DNA of 64,000 nucleotides from Cirrosporium novae-zelandiae (Eukaryota): NCBI GenBank assembly GCA_026023565.1, contig JAPETS010000004.1, positions 496,001 to 560,000 of the forward strand, read 5' to 3'. Shown piece by piece: positions 24,483 to 38,574 of this stretch (position 1 is its first letter; each line of letters starts with the position of its first letter). The notes under the pieces were generated by a model. It saw only the letters and a program-made list of their open reading frames with translations, ran no database searches and was not told where the DNA came from. The position numbers and the translations under genes were made by a program.

Positions 24483-27400
24483 GCAGTGTGTCGACCCCTT
24501 CAGAATCAAAACATGAACCTCATTTTACGAGTGACGGACAGGGTATCTTTTACGGTTGTTTTTACTGCGTTATTCAAAGGGTCCTAAAAAATTATGATCC
24601 CAAGGAGCATCATGGTGTTGCTATTCTGGCTGGCTGGCTGATAGTGATAGATTTGGTCTGATATTAGCTGGCGACCTGGGCACTAAGGGTATACTTTCGA
24701 TGCCGTGACTAAGATGAAGCTTTTGAACATATTTTATCTGGACCTTATTCAATAACTCCTGCCTAACGGCATGTAATGTCTTTTTACTTTGCAATCCGGA
24801 TTCTCAAGGTTTCATTATATAAGTAAATGTTATCATATATCAACATAGCTGCTGCTGCTCCTGCTTTTTTTTCTTGGTAGTGACTAGAGGAATTAATGGA
24901 TGTGATGTGATATTGTTAGAAGGCCAAACCAATACTCTTTCTTATCTACCTAGGTAGCTAAGCTAAAAAGGACGGGGTATATCAGCTACTTGATTGGATA
25001 TACGTAGTGTTGGGATGGAATATATATAGCCTGGCTGCGCCGTAACATATGGACTATATGGCTGTTTCATGCTATGTTTTTTGGGGGGGGGTTGTGGTTT
25101 GGAAAGTGGAAAGTGTAAAGGATATAATATATATAGAGAGAGAGAAAGCTTTTATTATATATACATATACATACCATCTATTCAAAAAATTATGTTTAGC
25201 TAAATATTTAGTTAGGTAGTTAGCTATAACCGAACATGGTCATATATACATACATATATGCGAATCTAAAACACAAAAACCGAAAACCAAAAACCACAAC
25301 CCCAGAATATAACCATATAACCCATTTTCCCAAATCTACTCTACATGTACTGTACAAAAGTATTTCCCCACACATCTCACATATCCCAACCAATACCTAC
25401 CTACGTTTTAAATCGCAACTTTTGTCAGAGTGGGGGGGATATATATATATTTAAGTAATTTTTACTGTTTTTTATTGGAAAGAAGGAAGGGGAGGAGGGA
25501 AGTTGTTGTTTGTTACTATTTATTATGAATGTAGAATATGGGATATGTCAAGCGTGCGTGGGAATATAATAGGATAGGATGAGATGGGGGGTTTTTTGGG
25601 AGGGGGGGTTGTGATGACGATGGTGGTGGAGGAGAGGAATGGAGGGAGTCTGATCTGATAACTTAGCTTAGATTTGGGGCTAAGTTGAGTTGTTTATCAA
25701 GGAGGGGGCGCATATTATGTGTGTTAGGTGGGAGTTTTTGGATGGTGGATGGTGGAGTAGGAGGGGTGGGGAAGATAGTGGATTTGGTTAGGTCAAGTGA
25801 GTTGAGTGAATGAGGCATAGGACATGGATGGAATATATAAAATAAGTTTCGCGGTGGGGTTTTTTTGGTGTTGTTGTTTTTTGGAGTGAGATTCCTCGGG
25901 CTTGCGGGACTGCTGGAAGGTGGAAATATTACGGTGCATCGTATAGTGTATGCGTGAAGAAAGTAGCTGATGTCATATTTATTCTTGATTCTTTCTCTTC
26001 TTGTCATTTAGATAGTGAATAACTACTTCTGGCCAACCGTATAGTTAATTCTTCACAGGCTCCAGGATCTGTTTTTTCTTCACCGGTTTTTTCTTGAAGA
26101 CTTACGCTCTTAGAGTCTGAAGAGTCTCAGATGGTTTATTTTTGCTTACTTGCTTGCTTCCTAGAATGTACCTTGCGCTGATGAATATTGAAAACTAGGC
26201 CTGCTGGTAAACTCTTTTTTTCTTTTTTATCATATACAACAAACATAGCCTCTTCTATTATCATCACGGTTATTCCTTCCGTCCGCTGTTTGCCTTGAAG
26301 AAGCTACATAGCGGTATGGTTTCTCGTTCATAGTCACTTCTGCCAGGGTGTATGTTATATAGAAGCCTGGTACTAGGATGCTGGGGGGGAATTTGCTAGG
26401 CGGATTGTAATCAAAACAGTCTGAGAGTTGTGTCTTAGTTTAGTCTGCTTGAAGAGGAGGAAGTAAATATGGTGTATTCCCCAGAGAAGATAGTATATCT
26501 CTCTGGGGTAAGATCGCGTCTCCTCCTGCACGGTCCTTGGGAAGGTAGATTTATTGGACTCGAGACGATTTAGAAAAAGAGAGTTGGGTTTTATGCTGGT
26601 CAACCTTTTTGGTACCATTGTCTTGATTTGGAAAATGCCTCCTCTGCATCGAGATAGTTATATGATACATTCTGGGACAAGAGTTTAAGCCACAACGTTG
26701 GTTCGTAATCATTGCATGGGATAAACTTGGGTCAATGGAAGAAAAATAAGTTAAATGAAAAGTGGTACGAGCGGATGTTGTAGGAAAGAATTGAGGTCGT
26801 TTTCCGGTTAATTGATCAATATTATCGGATGCGAAACTTATCCGAGACGTATCCGATATCCATGGCGCTTCGATGAAGAAGATCTCTTTTGATGAGATTA
26901 TTTCGTCGCTAGAGTTGCCAAGTGATTACCTATCCGTTGAGCTTCGGAAGAGCTGGAGAAATAAGAAACCATCGAATACGAGACAAACAAGGAGATCAAC
27001 AAACTCTTTGAGAAATCTTAACTTAAATCAATAACACTGAATAGAACTTTTCTTTGGTTTTCCATCATGTGTCCCTTTATTTTCAACAAGTCACAATGGA
27101 TTGGTTCGACGTAAGGAACATGGTCCCTAGACCCTGGAGCCTGGCACCTGGTTGTCAACAAGAGAATTATGATTAGGCTTGTGGCATCGTAATTTTTCCA
27201 TAAAACAGATGTTCAACCCAAGTCTTCCAAGAATTTGGATGCATGAGCGATGACCATTCTCGGATAGGAGGCTGTGCAACCCAATAATGAGGTTCACTAG
27301 ATATTCAATCGGACGTTCACGTTCATTTCGGGCATCAACACAGAGACATGAAAGGTACACGATTATGAATAACTGACAACCAAGTAAACAATAAACAAAG

Positions 27401-30400
27401 GCTGGGGGTGGAGTTGATATAAGATGACCCTGGTTGGTCGAGTTGTCAACTTGTCATTGCTCTGTTGTCGGGAATTAGACTTCTGTCAACGTAAAAGCAA
27501 CTCCACTTGTCAGTAGAAAATTAATCATCATGATATTTTCACGCACTACCAGGTATGTGTTGGTTCAATTGAGGCCTAAGAGGTGTTGTTTCATCCAACA
27601 GTCAGAGAGCGTGTAGCGTGTAGAAGAAACCAGCTACTTGGTATGTGTAAAGGATCTACCAGCTCAACAGGTTGCTCCACTCTGAAGCTATAACATCATA
27701 GTCTATAACCATTTTTTCATGTAACACAGGTCACAGCTCTAGTCAGAGCAAGGTAGTTAGTTACTGAAAGAGGAAAAGCCGGATGCACTTGGATAGCTCG
27801 TAGAGAAGGACCACCATAGTCCACAAATGAGTCACAATTTGATATTTAGGAATGAATGTCTCAAATTGATTTTTCTGTGGGTGATCATGTGTGATAGCAG
27901 TAGTTAGGATGCCCATAGAAAATGGTTTGCAGACCGCCTCGTGATCAGACGAAGGAAGCAGCAGAAGAAGAGGAAACTTGGCATGGGGAAATTTTCCCAA
28001 CAGAATGGACATGGCGGGTTCGAAGCATCCTATTTTCGAAACCGCCCTTGTCCCTGGCACCGACAGACCGCCACTTTGTCGTTATTCACAACCCAGCAGT
28101 TGGTGCGTCGGACCCAAGTATGGAGGACGTGTGGATATTTGCAGTTGATGGTACGATGGTCGGGTTTAATTCTCCACATTGTGGCACAAGAAAAAATCAG
28201 ATAAACATCAATAATGGAATGTAGTTAATCTTGGAGAAGCAAGGAATCCCCAATGTATTCCAAGGCACGGGCCCTTGAGGCTCATTTGGAAGAATATTTC
28301 CAAAGACGCTAGAAGTGAAATCGAATGTTCCAAATGGAAATGGAAACCAGATGGAAATTTGGTGAAATTGCCAATTTGCCACATCATCTTCTAGAAGAGT
28401 TCTTTAATCTTCAAACAGGAGAAAAAAGAGGCTGGGTACGTCACGGGAAGGACCCATGACAGAAATACCGTGCGCAATTAAAACAAGACGCAAAGCATAA
28501 CTACCGTAAGCTGTAACTAACTATACGAGCTACTCGCTGGTTCTTTTTTTTTTTTTTTTTTGCTTTTCTTGATTTTTTTTTTCAACTTAGGGCTCGCGTG
28601 TCGAATGTCAACTATGCTATGTTTATGCAAAAGGAGGTACTTATGCACTATACTAATCTATAACGAGGTTGAGACAAGGCATGGACTTTCTCCAAAGCGT
28701 TAAGTCCCTCGGCGCTTCCAAAACCTGAAGTATCTGTCTCACTTTGAAATCACCGATGTTTCCACCAAGATGCAAAATGCACAGAAAAGACAATGAGGCT
28801 TCAGAGCCTGGTTTTAACGCGCATTGGTAATTCAAGTGACCGGACATAAATTTATCGAAAGTATTTTTATATTAGGAGAAGAGTTATGTCTGTCTGTCAT
28901 CAACAGGCTCCCGACCGCTGCATTAACTATCCTTCCATCTACCAGTCACGAAGTCGCATGCTTATTGCTTAATCTCCGCAGCATCGGACCGTTGTTCAGG
29001 CTAAAGGTTTTAAGTTCCAGGGTCAAGAGACTACGAATGAGGTAACCCAGAATGGTTAGGGGTTTTCCAATGGCAGAAAATTCTACGCGTGTTCCATCTA
29101 CGAATTCATGAACTGGTGGGATTGGTGTATTGGGTATACACCTCAACAAGTCTTAGTCATCTTGACCTCATCGCATTGGCCCATTACTTTCCCTCCATTG
29201 TTATTAAGTTTGAACCAAAGACCGACTGGCCCTCACTGGTTTTCACTAGGGATCAAATACCCCTGATAGTTATGGTCATGGCTCTGAACAAGTCCCTTCT
29301 CTCCCCCACCCCCCCCCAAAAAAACCAATGCTGAATCTCTCAAGAGTTAAGACCTTGGCTATTCAGCCAGATACAGCATTACTCCGTGGAATTGTAGGTC
29401 GATAACTACTTTTTAGTATTCCGTAGTCAACAACCAAAGGGACACATGATGTGGTGACAGTTTCACTTATTTTTTAATAATACAATACAGATAGTATTCC
29501 GTCAATATCGGAACAAGCAGGTGTAACTCTTGCTTACTGTAGTAGATCTCACATGCTTTTGTGCCCAATGCACTTGACGGTTACATGCCATGATGAGATG
29601 GTGGATTAAAGATCTGGCGGTGATGCAAGAATTCGGTAGCTTTTGGCTTTTTAGGCTTTGAGAAATTGTGGGCATAGTGGAGAGCAATTGTGATGGATTG
29701 TCATGAACAACGAAAGAATCGACAGTGGTAGAAAGGTTGGAAGACGTGAAGATTTGGAGAATATTCGTGGTAGCAGGGACATGCTGGTTTGTCAGTGAAT
29801 AACATTTGATCTTCCATGATACCGAAATATCCGTCCGAGGCCTTCCACGTTTTTCAGCAGCACCATCTAGAGCCACCTTTGAAGCCACTGCATGCTTGAT
29901 AATTCCTCTTTACCCATCTATCTTAGTATCTAGACCATGATCGAGAGCTCCCAGTTCGTCCAGCGAAAAACTTCTCCTAGGACAATGGCTTTCTCATGGT
30001 TCAATTCGGTTAAATTCGGTGGACGGGAAGTCTATATCGTCCATTGGAAAATAGAGACTTTGATAGTTAATCTGCCATTTCCTTTTTCTGACTCGTGTTC
30101 ACAATACAGATGATGATGGGCTGCATGCTAATTAGAATTTGTGGCTATTTTCTAATTTTGTGGGGTCTGGACGGGCATTGACTCCGTCAAAACTCCATTC
30201 AATCAATACGTGGCTGCCTGTGGCTTCACAGGGAAAGCACCGAAAAACATTGTGAAAGGGTCTGAAGCCGGCGACTCCGCAAGAAACAAGAAGATAGACA
30301 ACAAGAGACAACTCAATTGGCGTTGAGGGCGTTGGAAAATGGTTGGATGAGGAGCTGAGGGAGGTAACCCAAGTAACCCCATCCCCATAACCATTATTAC

Positions 30401-32409
30401 TTTCCACCTAGCCTTATCCGAGATCGGTAAATCACTTTTTTTTTTTTCCCTTTGTTTTTTTTACCCTTCTATTAACTAATCCTGGCGGTGAGCTTACCAC
30501 CAATACATGTTTTGGCTTTACCAAAAGCTAAGAAACTAGATGGAATTAAATGGAGAATACGAGCAACAACGGATAGGTAAACGTGACCACTGAACGTAGC
30601 TATGACTCTTCCTTTGGTTTTCCTCCATGTAGAAAGAAGGAATTAGCGGGAAGATCAAAGATCAACAGGGACAGGGTAGAAGGTGGTCATAGGTCATACG
30701 GACAATGATGACAATGATGATGCTGATGCTGATGCTGTTGCTGCTGATGAAGATAGCAAGGATTCCTAGTACACCAAACGCCAAAAGACACCAAAGTACT
30801 CGATGATAATTAATTAATTCTAAGTCAGCCTTGTTAAGTGTGTATGTACCAACTACCATTGACCGATTCCATACAATTCAGAGATAAACCAAAAGGTTTT
30901 CAACTGAGTGTTTGCAGGGGTAAGCGAGAAAGGAGATGATCAGTAATTGAAAAAAGATTGACAAGATTGACAAGATGTACAAGAGAAGGCTGAGAAATGA
31001 ATGAATGAATGATGATGATCTAATAATCCATCGAGGCTAAACCAATTGAGGTGAATAGCATCATCTGTGTTTGGTTGATTTTTGACTTAAAATTGGGGGG
31101 GTGTGTGGGTGTAAGTGTTGGGAGTGGGAAGAGTGAGTGTAGTGGGAGAGTGGGAGAGTGGGAGAGGTTCGTACAGGTTGTAGAGTTCTAACAGACTTTT
31201 TAGTAGTTGTTTCAGGAAACGGTGAATGGGTGTGGAATGAACACCCATCATTGATCTTGCTTAGACACCTGATATTTGAGGTGTCTTGATTTTAGTCTAT
31301 CCTAAATTGTCCTAAGTTCGATATTACACCGCTGGTCCGGGCGTTCAAGCCCGGGGCAAAGTAGTGCAATTGTCAGCTTGGACTAATTAATTAATTAAGT
31401 CCAAAAAAATAAAAAACAACGAACCAAAGAAAAGAAAAGAATAGATGGAAAAGAAAAAAAAAAAGAAAAAAAAAGTCCAAGGATTGCCCTTGTAATAAAA
31501 AAAATTATGAATTATCCTTACCTACCCTTACCTATCTTTACTCTTTCCTTACGGGTTTATCCAATAATATTCTTCTGATCCGGCCGTTTGGAACGGTCTT
31601 GTGTCGTCTTCCCGTCTTTGATCTGTTAGATAACCTGCTAATTAGAACTGCTAGAATTGTTACTAAGTAGGACTGTCTGCTAGTCTAGGATTCGCGTCGC
31701 CCTCAAACTTGGATTAAGATGCATGACTCGGATGCGGAAATATTTGCGGAAATCATTCCATCTCCCTTGTACTTTCGCTCCGAGCAAAAAGATCAACCTT
31801 TACAACTTTACACGATACTTTCAAGGATACTTTCCAACAGTGCTCTAGTAATGCCACATCTAATGCCACATCGCATTTTGACCAACCTTCTCCTAAATGC
31901 TCCTAAATGCGCGATGCATCATGGACCCATGGATTTGCATTGGCGATGTCCTGGCGCCTGATGCATCCCACACAGCCCTGTCAATTATACCTTATTCTTG
32001 ATCCTCAAGAGAAATTGCCTGTTTTCTGGTTCAACAGTGCGTCTGTCTTGGTGTCTTCGTAAGGCCACATCCTAATCATTCGGGCCCCTTGACCCGATCC
32101 CTTTCTGGTCGTAATCATCCATAAATACCTCTGACTGCTTCCTAATCCCTATGCCTGTTCCATCTCGTCTGACATCTCTAAAACAGTATTAGCTTCAATC
32201 ACCTCATCATTCCAGCTGGATAACCATTTCTATAACTAGCCTGATATCATCCGCCGAAGATTTATATCAGAACTCACCCCGCGCTCTTCAAAGCTATCAT
32301 CAACCATCAACAACTCGAGTCAATATCTTCTTCGAAGAACAATCTCATCAACCCTCAACCATATATATCCAACACTTGTTGATTGCTTCAACAAAACATA
32401 ACCACCAAA

Positions 32410-32499
32410 ATGCCTGCCTACGCTGGATCATCCAACTCTCAATTCCCTCCTTGCCCAGGACCACCACCAAACCGCCCTCTTCCTCCGGTCCCAAAATAG
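32410..32499 (+). CDS. Candidate 29-aa proline-rich microprotein MPAYAGSSNSQFPPCPGPPPNRPLPPVPK
   Basis: Strong fungal start context (CACCAAAATGCC). A C/A-rich leader follows ATAAATA at 32121. The C-terminus carries RPLPPVP. Too short for the supplied ORF track. Confidence 0.6.
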   Translation: MPAYAGSSNSQFPPCPGPPPNRPLPPVPK

Positions 32500-34098
32500 G
32501 TGAAGGCATGATTGCCTAGCTGAACGATCATGGAGCGCACCTTTACATCTTTGCGCTCCTGAACATATTATAACCACTCGCTGTACATACTATGCGGCCA
32601 TCTTTGGGAGTCTTTTTGGACTTTGCAACCTTCAACTTGCTCTCTCCCACCTTCGAGGTATCGGAATATTAGCCTATATTATAGGCCTCAGTATCATTAC
32701 TGGTTAATGCAATTATCGCTAAACCCTCAATCGCATCTTCCGTCAACCTCTGCGGGGCCCTTTTAATTGGGCCATGTAATATCTGAAGCACCACTGCACA
32801 TGATATACCCTATGCAACCCCTGGTTTTGGTGTTACATCTGAACTCGCTGCAGCCAACCCCACGTCGCGATTACAAACTGATCGAGCGCTGGTGCTCTGC
32901 ATACCCTCAACACATTCCATGTCTAGATCCGCTGGATCGGTATGGGACAGTCACACACCACCGTCGGTGTTTCCTTTCTCCGAGCATTTGATTACGTGCA
33001 GAGCAATGATCTGCATTACGTGCTCGCGCCATCATGGCTCATTTACCTATGAAATCTTGAATTCTTCTTTGATACCCCGGGTGCTTTGACAGCAGGATGA
33101 TGGAATATCGGACATGGATTTGGACTTGGACAGGGGGGACGGAAATTAGTATTGGCACACTTGATAAGGGAATCATGGGGGTTGGCTGGATCTTGTGCTC
33201 TAATGTCTTGTTTGAAATTGATTTTAATGTTATCGAATGCTTGAACGTTCTTACATGATGCGACCTTTTTCTTGGCGTTAAATGGTTCTCGGATATATTG
33301 AGGATCGACCGATAATGGTAATTTAATCTATCACATTCTAAAGGTTAAGCTAGACATTTGTCATGTTGCGTGCTTCTCTCTCAATCTGTAACTGGTCTAT
33401 TGGGGTGGGTAGTTCGCCAAGGGGTTGAACGCCGACACAATAATTGTCAATCCGTCAATGTCTCCGCGAGGGGTGGTGAGAGCTCTGCGGGTAGGCCCGC
33501 TCGTACATGAGATAGGTCAATCCTTGACTGTACTTGTGACCACCATTCCAATGCTGTGGGGAAATGTTTTTTTTCCCTTTACTCCGAGGTATTATCCATG
33601 TACTGGGTAATGATTTATTTCTTTTATGTTTTTTATTTTTTGTTTTATTCTTCTCATTCGGGAATGTTTATACCGATCAAGATCAAAGAGCAATTAGCCT
33701 ACTTTGCTAATTAAATGACTTTTTCCACACTTAAAACTATCGACCGTGCAACGTAATCATAGTTCACAGGTGGTGGCCAATACATTTAGGTATGATGCTC
33801 GGGAGGATAATTAATAAGTCGGTGCTGTCGGGTACCTTTGCTCTCCCACGAGTTTGAACACGAGGAGAGGTGTAAGATGCGGAATCAGGAGCTGGACAAC
33901 GGAATCGTTCGCGGGGGATAGAGAGGAGGGAGGGGGGGCGGGAGAGTTGGTGACTTGCAGCTCAACCATAATCAACCTTTCCCCAGATCCACAAAAGAGT
34001 AAACAGATGGGCAATAACAACCTTCTTCAATACTTTACCCCTTGACTATACAGAATATTCTCATCCGTGCCATCCCAAACAACAACACTGACAAAGTC

Positions 34099-35565
34099 AT
34101 GGTTCTCGAGTTGCACGTTTGGGGGCCGGCATTCGACCTTCCCTCGATCGACCCACAATGCCTAGCAATTATTACATATTTCACCAAAGCAGTTCCACCA
34201 AGCCAATGGACCTTGATAGCAACCAATGACCCAACCATTAGTCCTATGAGTCAGTCTCCGCTCTACTTTGATTAAGACAGTGAAGGCCTTGATACGGAAA
34301 CTGATAATATACTTGAATCGGCTATAGGAAATCTCCCTCTGCTTATTGATGGCCCCAACTCAATCGCAGGTTTCACCTCAATTATTCGTTATCTCTCAAA
34401 AACCTCTCAAGGCACATGGGATCTCGATACACACCTTCCTCTACTGGAGACGGCTGACACTACTGCGTAAGAAATCTCCCAAGGACAGTTTCCACCAGCT
34501 CTAACTCTATCCAACAGCTTTTCAACCTTTATTACAACCAACGGCAGTCAGCTCTTAGACCTCTCCCTCCATCTAACTAGCGACAATTACACCAATGTTA
34601 CTCGTCCTATCTACACCAACCTATTCCGCTTTCCAGCTTCTTGGACGCTCATCCCCCACCTTCATGCAGCTGCCAAAGCGCGCACGGCTCACCTTGGGCT
34701 CTCCTCCCTTGATCTCACTTCCGCGGAGGTGCCCCAAACTCAATCTCCTCATCAGCAACGTGAACTGCAGGAACTTCCATCCAGCTCTCTCCTGGGTAAT
34801 AATACTTTACTCGCCAACTCCAAGTCCAAACTCTCCTATCTGCTTGCAGAACATCATCATACGGCACGGTTCCGCCTCGATGCTCTTGTATCTGACTTCC
34901 TCTCACCGCTACAAGATTTACTCTCTTCGCCCGAACAACACTTTCTGCTCTCTTCATCCTCTTCCCCGGAGCAACAGCCTACGTCTTTGGATTGTTTGGC
35001 TTTTGGATACCTAGCTCTTGCGTTCTATCCCACACTTCCATCACCATGGCTGCGTCGAACTATCGAATCAAAATATCCATGTATAGTGGCATATATCCAG
35101 CGAACACGAGCTCTATTTTCACCTGAAAGCATGAGACCGATAGAGGAGCTCCCTCCCAGACATGAAAAGAAATCGCAAATTCCATGGGCTAGACCATCGT
35201 CTGCTGGTTTTTTCTCTTTAACCTCGCAGCTCGTACTCTCTACACCAATCATAAATAGAATCCTCTCCCACACGATCAACAATGATACCGCTTCAGCCTC
35301 TATATCGCCATTCCATCGCCTTCACCCTCTAACTACATTTGTCTTATCCTTAATATGCGGCGGAAGTACCGTCACAGGGCTTTTACTCCTGAATGCGATG
35401 ACAGAACCGGGTAATGGGTTTCATGTCTTCGGAATTGGTCGGCGGATGGGGGGGGATTTGTCTGAGATGGGCGAGGCAGGCGCAATGCTTGCTAGTTTGG
35501 TTCCACCATCCTTACCCCCTGTTCCTCTTGTTGGTACACGTACTGAAGACCTGGGTTTGCATTGA
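34099..35565 (+). CDS. sam37: Metaxin / SAM complex subunit (Sam37/Tom37-like)
   Basis: N-terminus MVLELHVWGPAFDLPSIDPQCLA, GST-C-like PTSLDCLAFGYL and a C-terminal hydrophobic segment. Introns 34250-34327 and ~34467-34517. Confidence 0.85.
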
Positions 35566-36346
35566 GCTTAGACACGACTCCAGAATTAACCTTACATTTT
35601 TTTTGAAGTGGAGTCATGGTTGCACATGGCATCTGCTATGATAGTTCCACTTCGTCGTCTACGCAAGGAGGAATGGGCACTAAAATGGTAACCTTCTAAT
35701 CCTTGAAAATGATAAATGATGAAAAGAAAACCTGGTTTAGAGCATTCAAGGGAATTGAATGAGAAAGCAGAATCAATATTGTACGGTGGAACAACATTTT
35801 AGGGATTTCATCCGTTCAGATTGTGCCATGGCCTTTTCGCTTCTACTTTCAGCTAGATGCTTTGGCCTCGCACAAGCGTAAGGTTACGTTCCACAAGAAA
35901 ATGCAAGGCTTATGTTTCGTTCCTTCCGCGGGAACACCGATGCTTACAGTTATTTTCATATTATATCATGTCTTTCTAGGCACTTGCCTGAGCCTACGAG
36001 CTGAAAGACGTTGGAGTATTGTTGCGGTTGCTAGGGCCGCATTGGCCAGTGCCACATACGTGACCCGTGCGCGCCACATATTTAGATTCTAAGAACCTCA
36101 CCTAAGCAAACCATCCGTGTACCCACTTGCATCCTGGTTTACCTCTCACAAGGATCTTTGGAAAACGCCGATTTGAGTACCTTTTCATTCCTTATTTTTT
36201 TGGCTGACTGCGTTCCATCTCAATTCGCAGTACTTTAGTAGACTCGTTTTCTCCCCTGAGTAACAATCTCAGGAAATACATTATCTCCCAATTAATATAC
36301 TTCTACCAGCGAGAAACTACCGTGTCAACTACTACCAGAATACAAT

Positions 36347-36842
36347 ATGAAGCTTCTCGTTTCTCTCTTCGCCCTCCTCCTTAGCTTCAATGCCCTTCCT
36401 GTCTCCGCTCAAAATCAGAATTGCACTTCATCCCTCGAGCGCTTCATAGAACCCACTGAGCATGGGCCAACAGCAACCGAATACCTTACCACAACTACCG
36501 TTACAAGCGAGCTGGACTGCGGGAACTGTACGGCACTAGCGATCAAGTCAATATTTCTGGGGGTTGGCCCGGTATGTATATACAAGGGTTTCTATTTGAT
36601 TATTTCCCCATTCGATGACATAGACGGGGTGTGTCCCTATCCCTTCCAAACCTACTTTAAAAAAGAAGGAAGGGAAGACCATGTCCACCTGACACGCGCA
36701 TCCTACAGATAGTAACACCCTAAGCTAACACACCCTCTTTCTCTTGTTCAATTACTAGTTCATCAAATTCACAACTACAACCACAGAGCAAAGTTCTTCA
36801 ACCTCAACCATTTATACCTGTGCCCCCGCTCAGCAGACATAA
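36347..36842 (+). CDS. Small secreted Thr-rich protein with 4 Cys (~102 aa)
   Basis: Signal peptide MKLLVSLFALLLSFNALPVSA and DCGNC. Intron 36572-36758 joins ...LGVGP to FIKFTTTTTEQSSSTSTIYTCAPAQQT*. Confidence 0.75.
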
Positions 36843-38090
36843 CCAACCAACCTAGCCAAACCAAATCAACACGTGCCCATACCCCCCCCCAAAAATACAC
36901 GTCCGCCCACCCGCCGATACCGTACCAAAAAATCCACCTAACCAGAAATTATAAAATCCAAAAATATCCAAAAATATACATCTCCTCCCTTCATCAATCG
37001 ACCTCGTTATCTCTCTCTCCATCTCTCGTTACAGGATAAAGTTTTCGGGAAATTGCTTTGGGATGTTGTGGATGGTTAACCCCCAACACCCCCAAATGGC
37101 TGGCTGGTTTGCTCGCCCCGGTACACCGGAACCCAGTTTGGTTGTGGCTGGCAGTGAGCTAATTAGGTGTTGGTTCGTTGAACACTTCTCGCTCGGCCTT
37201 GAAATAGATTAGACTACCCTGTTTCCCCCCTCCCCCTCCCCCTTCCCCCTTTTATGTTCTAGTTCTATCTACCTAGGTATCCAATAATATTAATCATCAT
37301 GAGTGAGTGAGTGGCAATGAGATGAGATATACACAAAATCATTATTAATTCTACAGCCAAAAGCCGACAGTAGATGGATATCAATAATAATAATACTTCT
37401 ACATGTTTACATGGATAGACTACTGTAGATAGTCTATGGCATAATCTTGGCCTTGAAGAGAGGAAAAATATCCTTTATTTTTTTATAAATGGAAATTTTA
37501 TTAGAGTGATTGGGGTTGGAATTGGAAGTTGGAATGACTTGTTTTATCATCCATTCTTGTGGTAGACTAGTTGTAGTTGTAGTTATAAGAATTGTGCATG
37601 AGCTTTTTCTCCAAATATATATATAGCTGTAGATAAACAACCACGCGCGTAGCTTGCACTTTTCTCTTTTTTCTTTTCATCTTTAATACGTACATGTACA
37701 TAGTCTACCTACTGTACTCACGACCCAAACCATTTAGGGGGGGGGGGCACGTGAGAGAATAAAAAAAAGAAAATGGAAATGGAAATGGGACATGTGGATC
37801 CGTTGGGTGGGGTTAATGAGCTTTTGAGTTTTGTGAATTGCGGGGAGAGTTTTCGGAGGTTTGGTTGGGGCATGGATAGATGGATTGGATGGACGGGTAC
37901 TTGGTAATGGAATAGACAGGGATGAATGGGTACTGGGAACCTGGTTTGGGGGGTTATGAATGGTGGGTGGCACAGAGGGGGATGGATCGATCCATGATGT
38001 GTCTATTACATTGGCGATATACGGATGTGGCCCTTAGTGGTTTTGTTTGGGGTTGGGGATTCCCTTTTTTAAAGGGGTGTGTGGTGGAGT

Positions 38091-38122
38091 AGAAGAAGAA
38101 GAAGAAGAAGAAGAAGAAGAAG
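38091..38122. repeat. (AGA)n microsatellite
   Basis: About 10 perfect units visible. Confidence 0.9.
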
Positions 38123-38574
38123 GAATGATTGGAGACGTATCGATTCCAACATTATTCAACAAACCCATCAACAAATAAAAAAGCAAGCCCCCCTTCGATT
38201 AATCAGCTAGCCACGCTTTGGTTTGTGGCTTTGATAGTAAGTGATTATGTTACAGCAATCAACCGATTTTGCAGCTTGTTGTTAAAAATCAATTTTGTTC
38301 TTTTCGTGCTCGTGTTCAACAAGGCAAAAGCCCAATTTTTCCCTCCCCCAAACTCCAACCTTCAGATAATATTACCATCGAATGAGCCTTGTGTTAGCAT
38401 TTACTCGATATGGTGTTTTTCTTTTTTTCTTCAATTTGTCTCGTCGTCGCTCGAAGGTATTAATCATCAACTTTTGGAGGGGATATGTAGTAATTTAGTT
38501 CTTGTTATTCGTACCGGGATCATCTGAGAACTTGTCCATCTTTCGGATACGTTGTTTTGGGTATTTGGAGGTTC

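Noticed and set aside
27760..29330. Possible decayed genes (short ORFs 27922-28224, 28653-28847, 28946-29149)
   Set aside because: The patches look coding-like, but I found no recognisable motif or consistent splice structure. BLASTx would be needed.
30662..30859. 65-aa hydrophobic ORF
   Set aside because: Its hydrophobicity largely comes from (CAT/CAG)n microsatellite-like sequence, and nothing else supports it.
31337..31354. tRNA T-arm-like GTTCAA hairpin
   Set aside because: The stem register does not fit a T-arm, and there is no cloverleaf or A-box.
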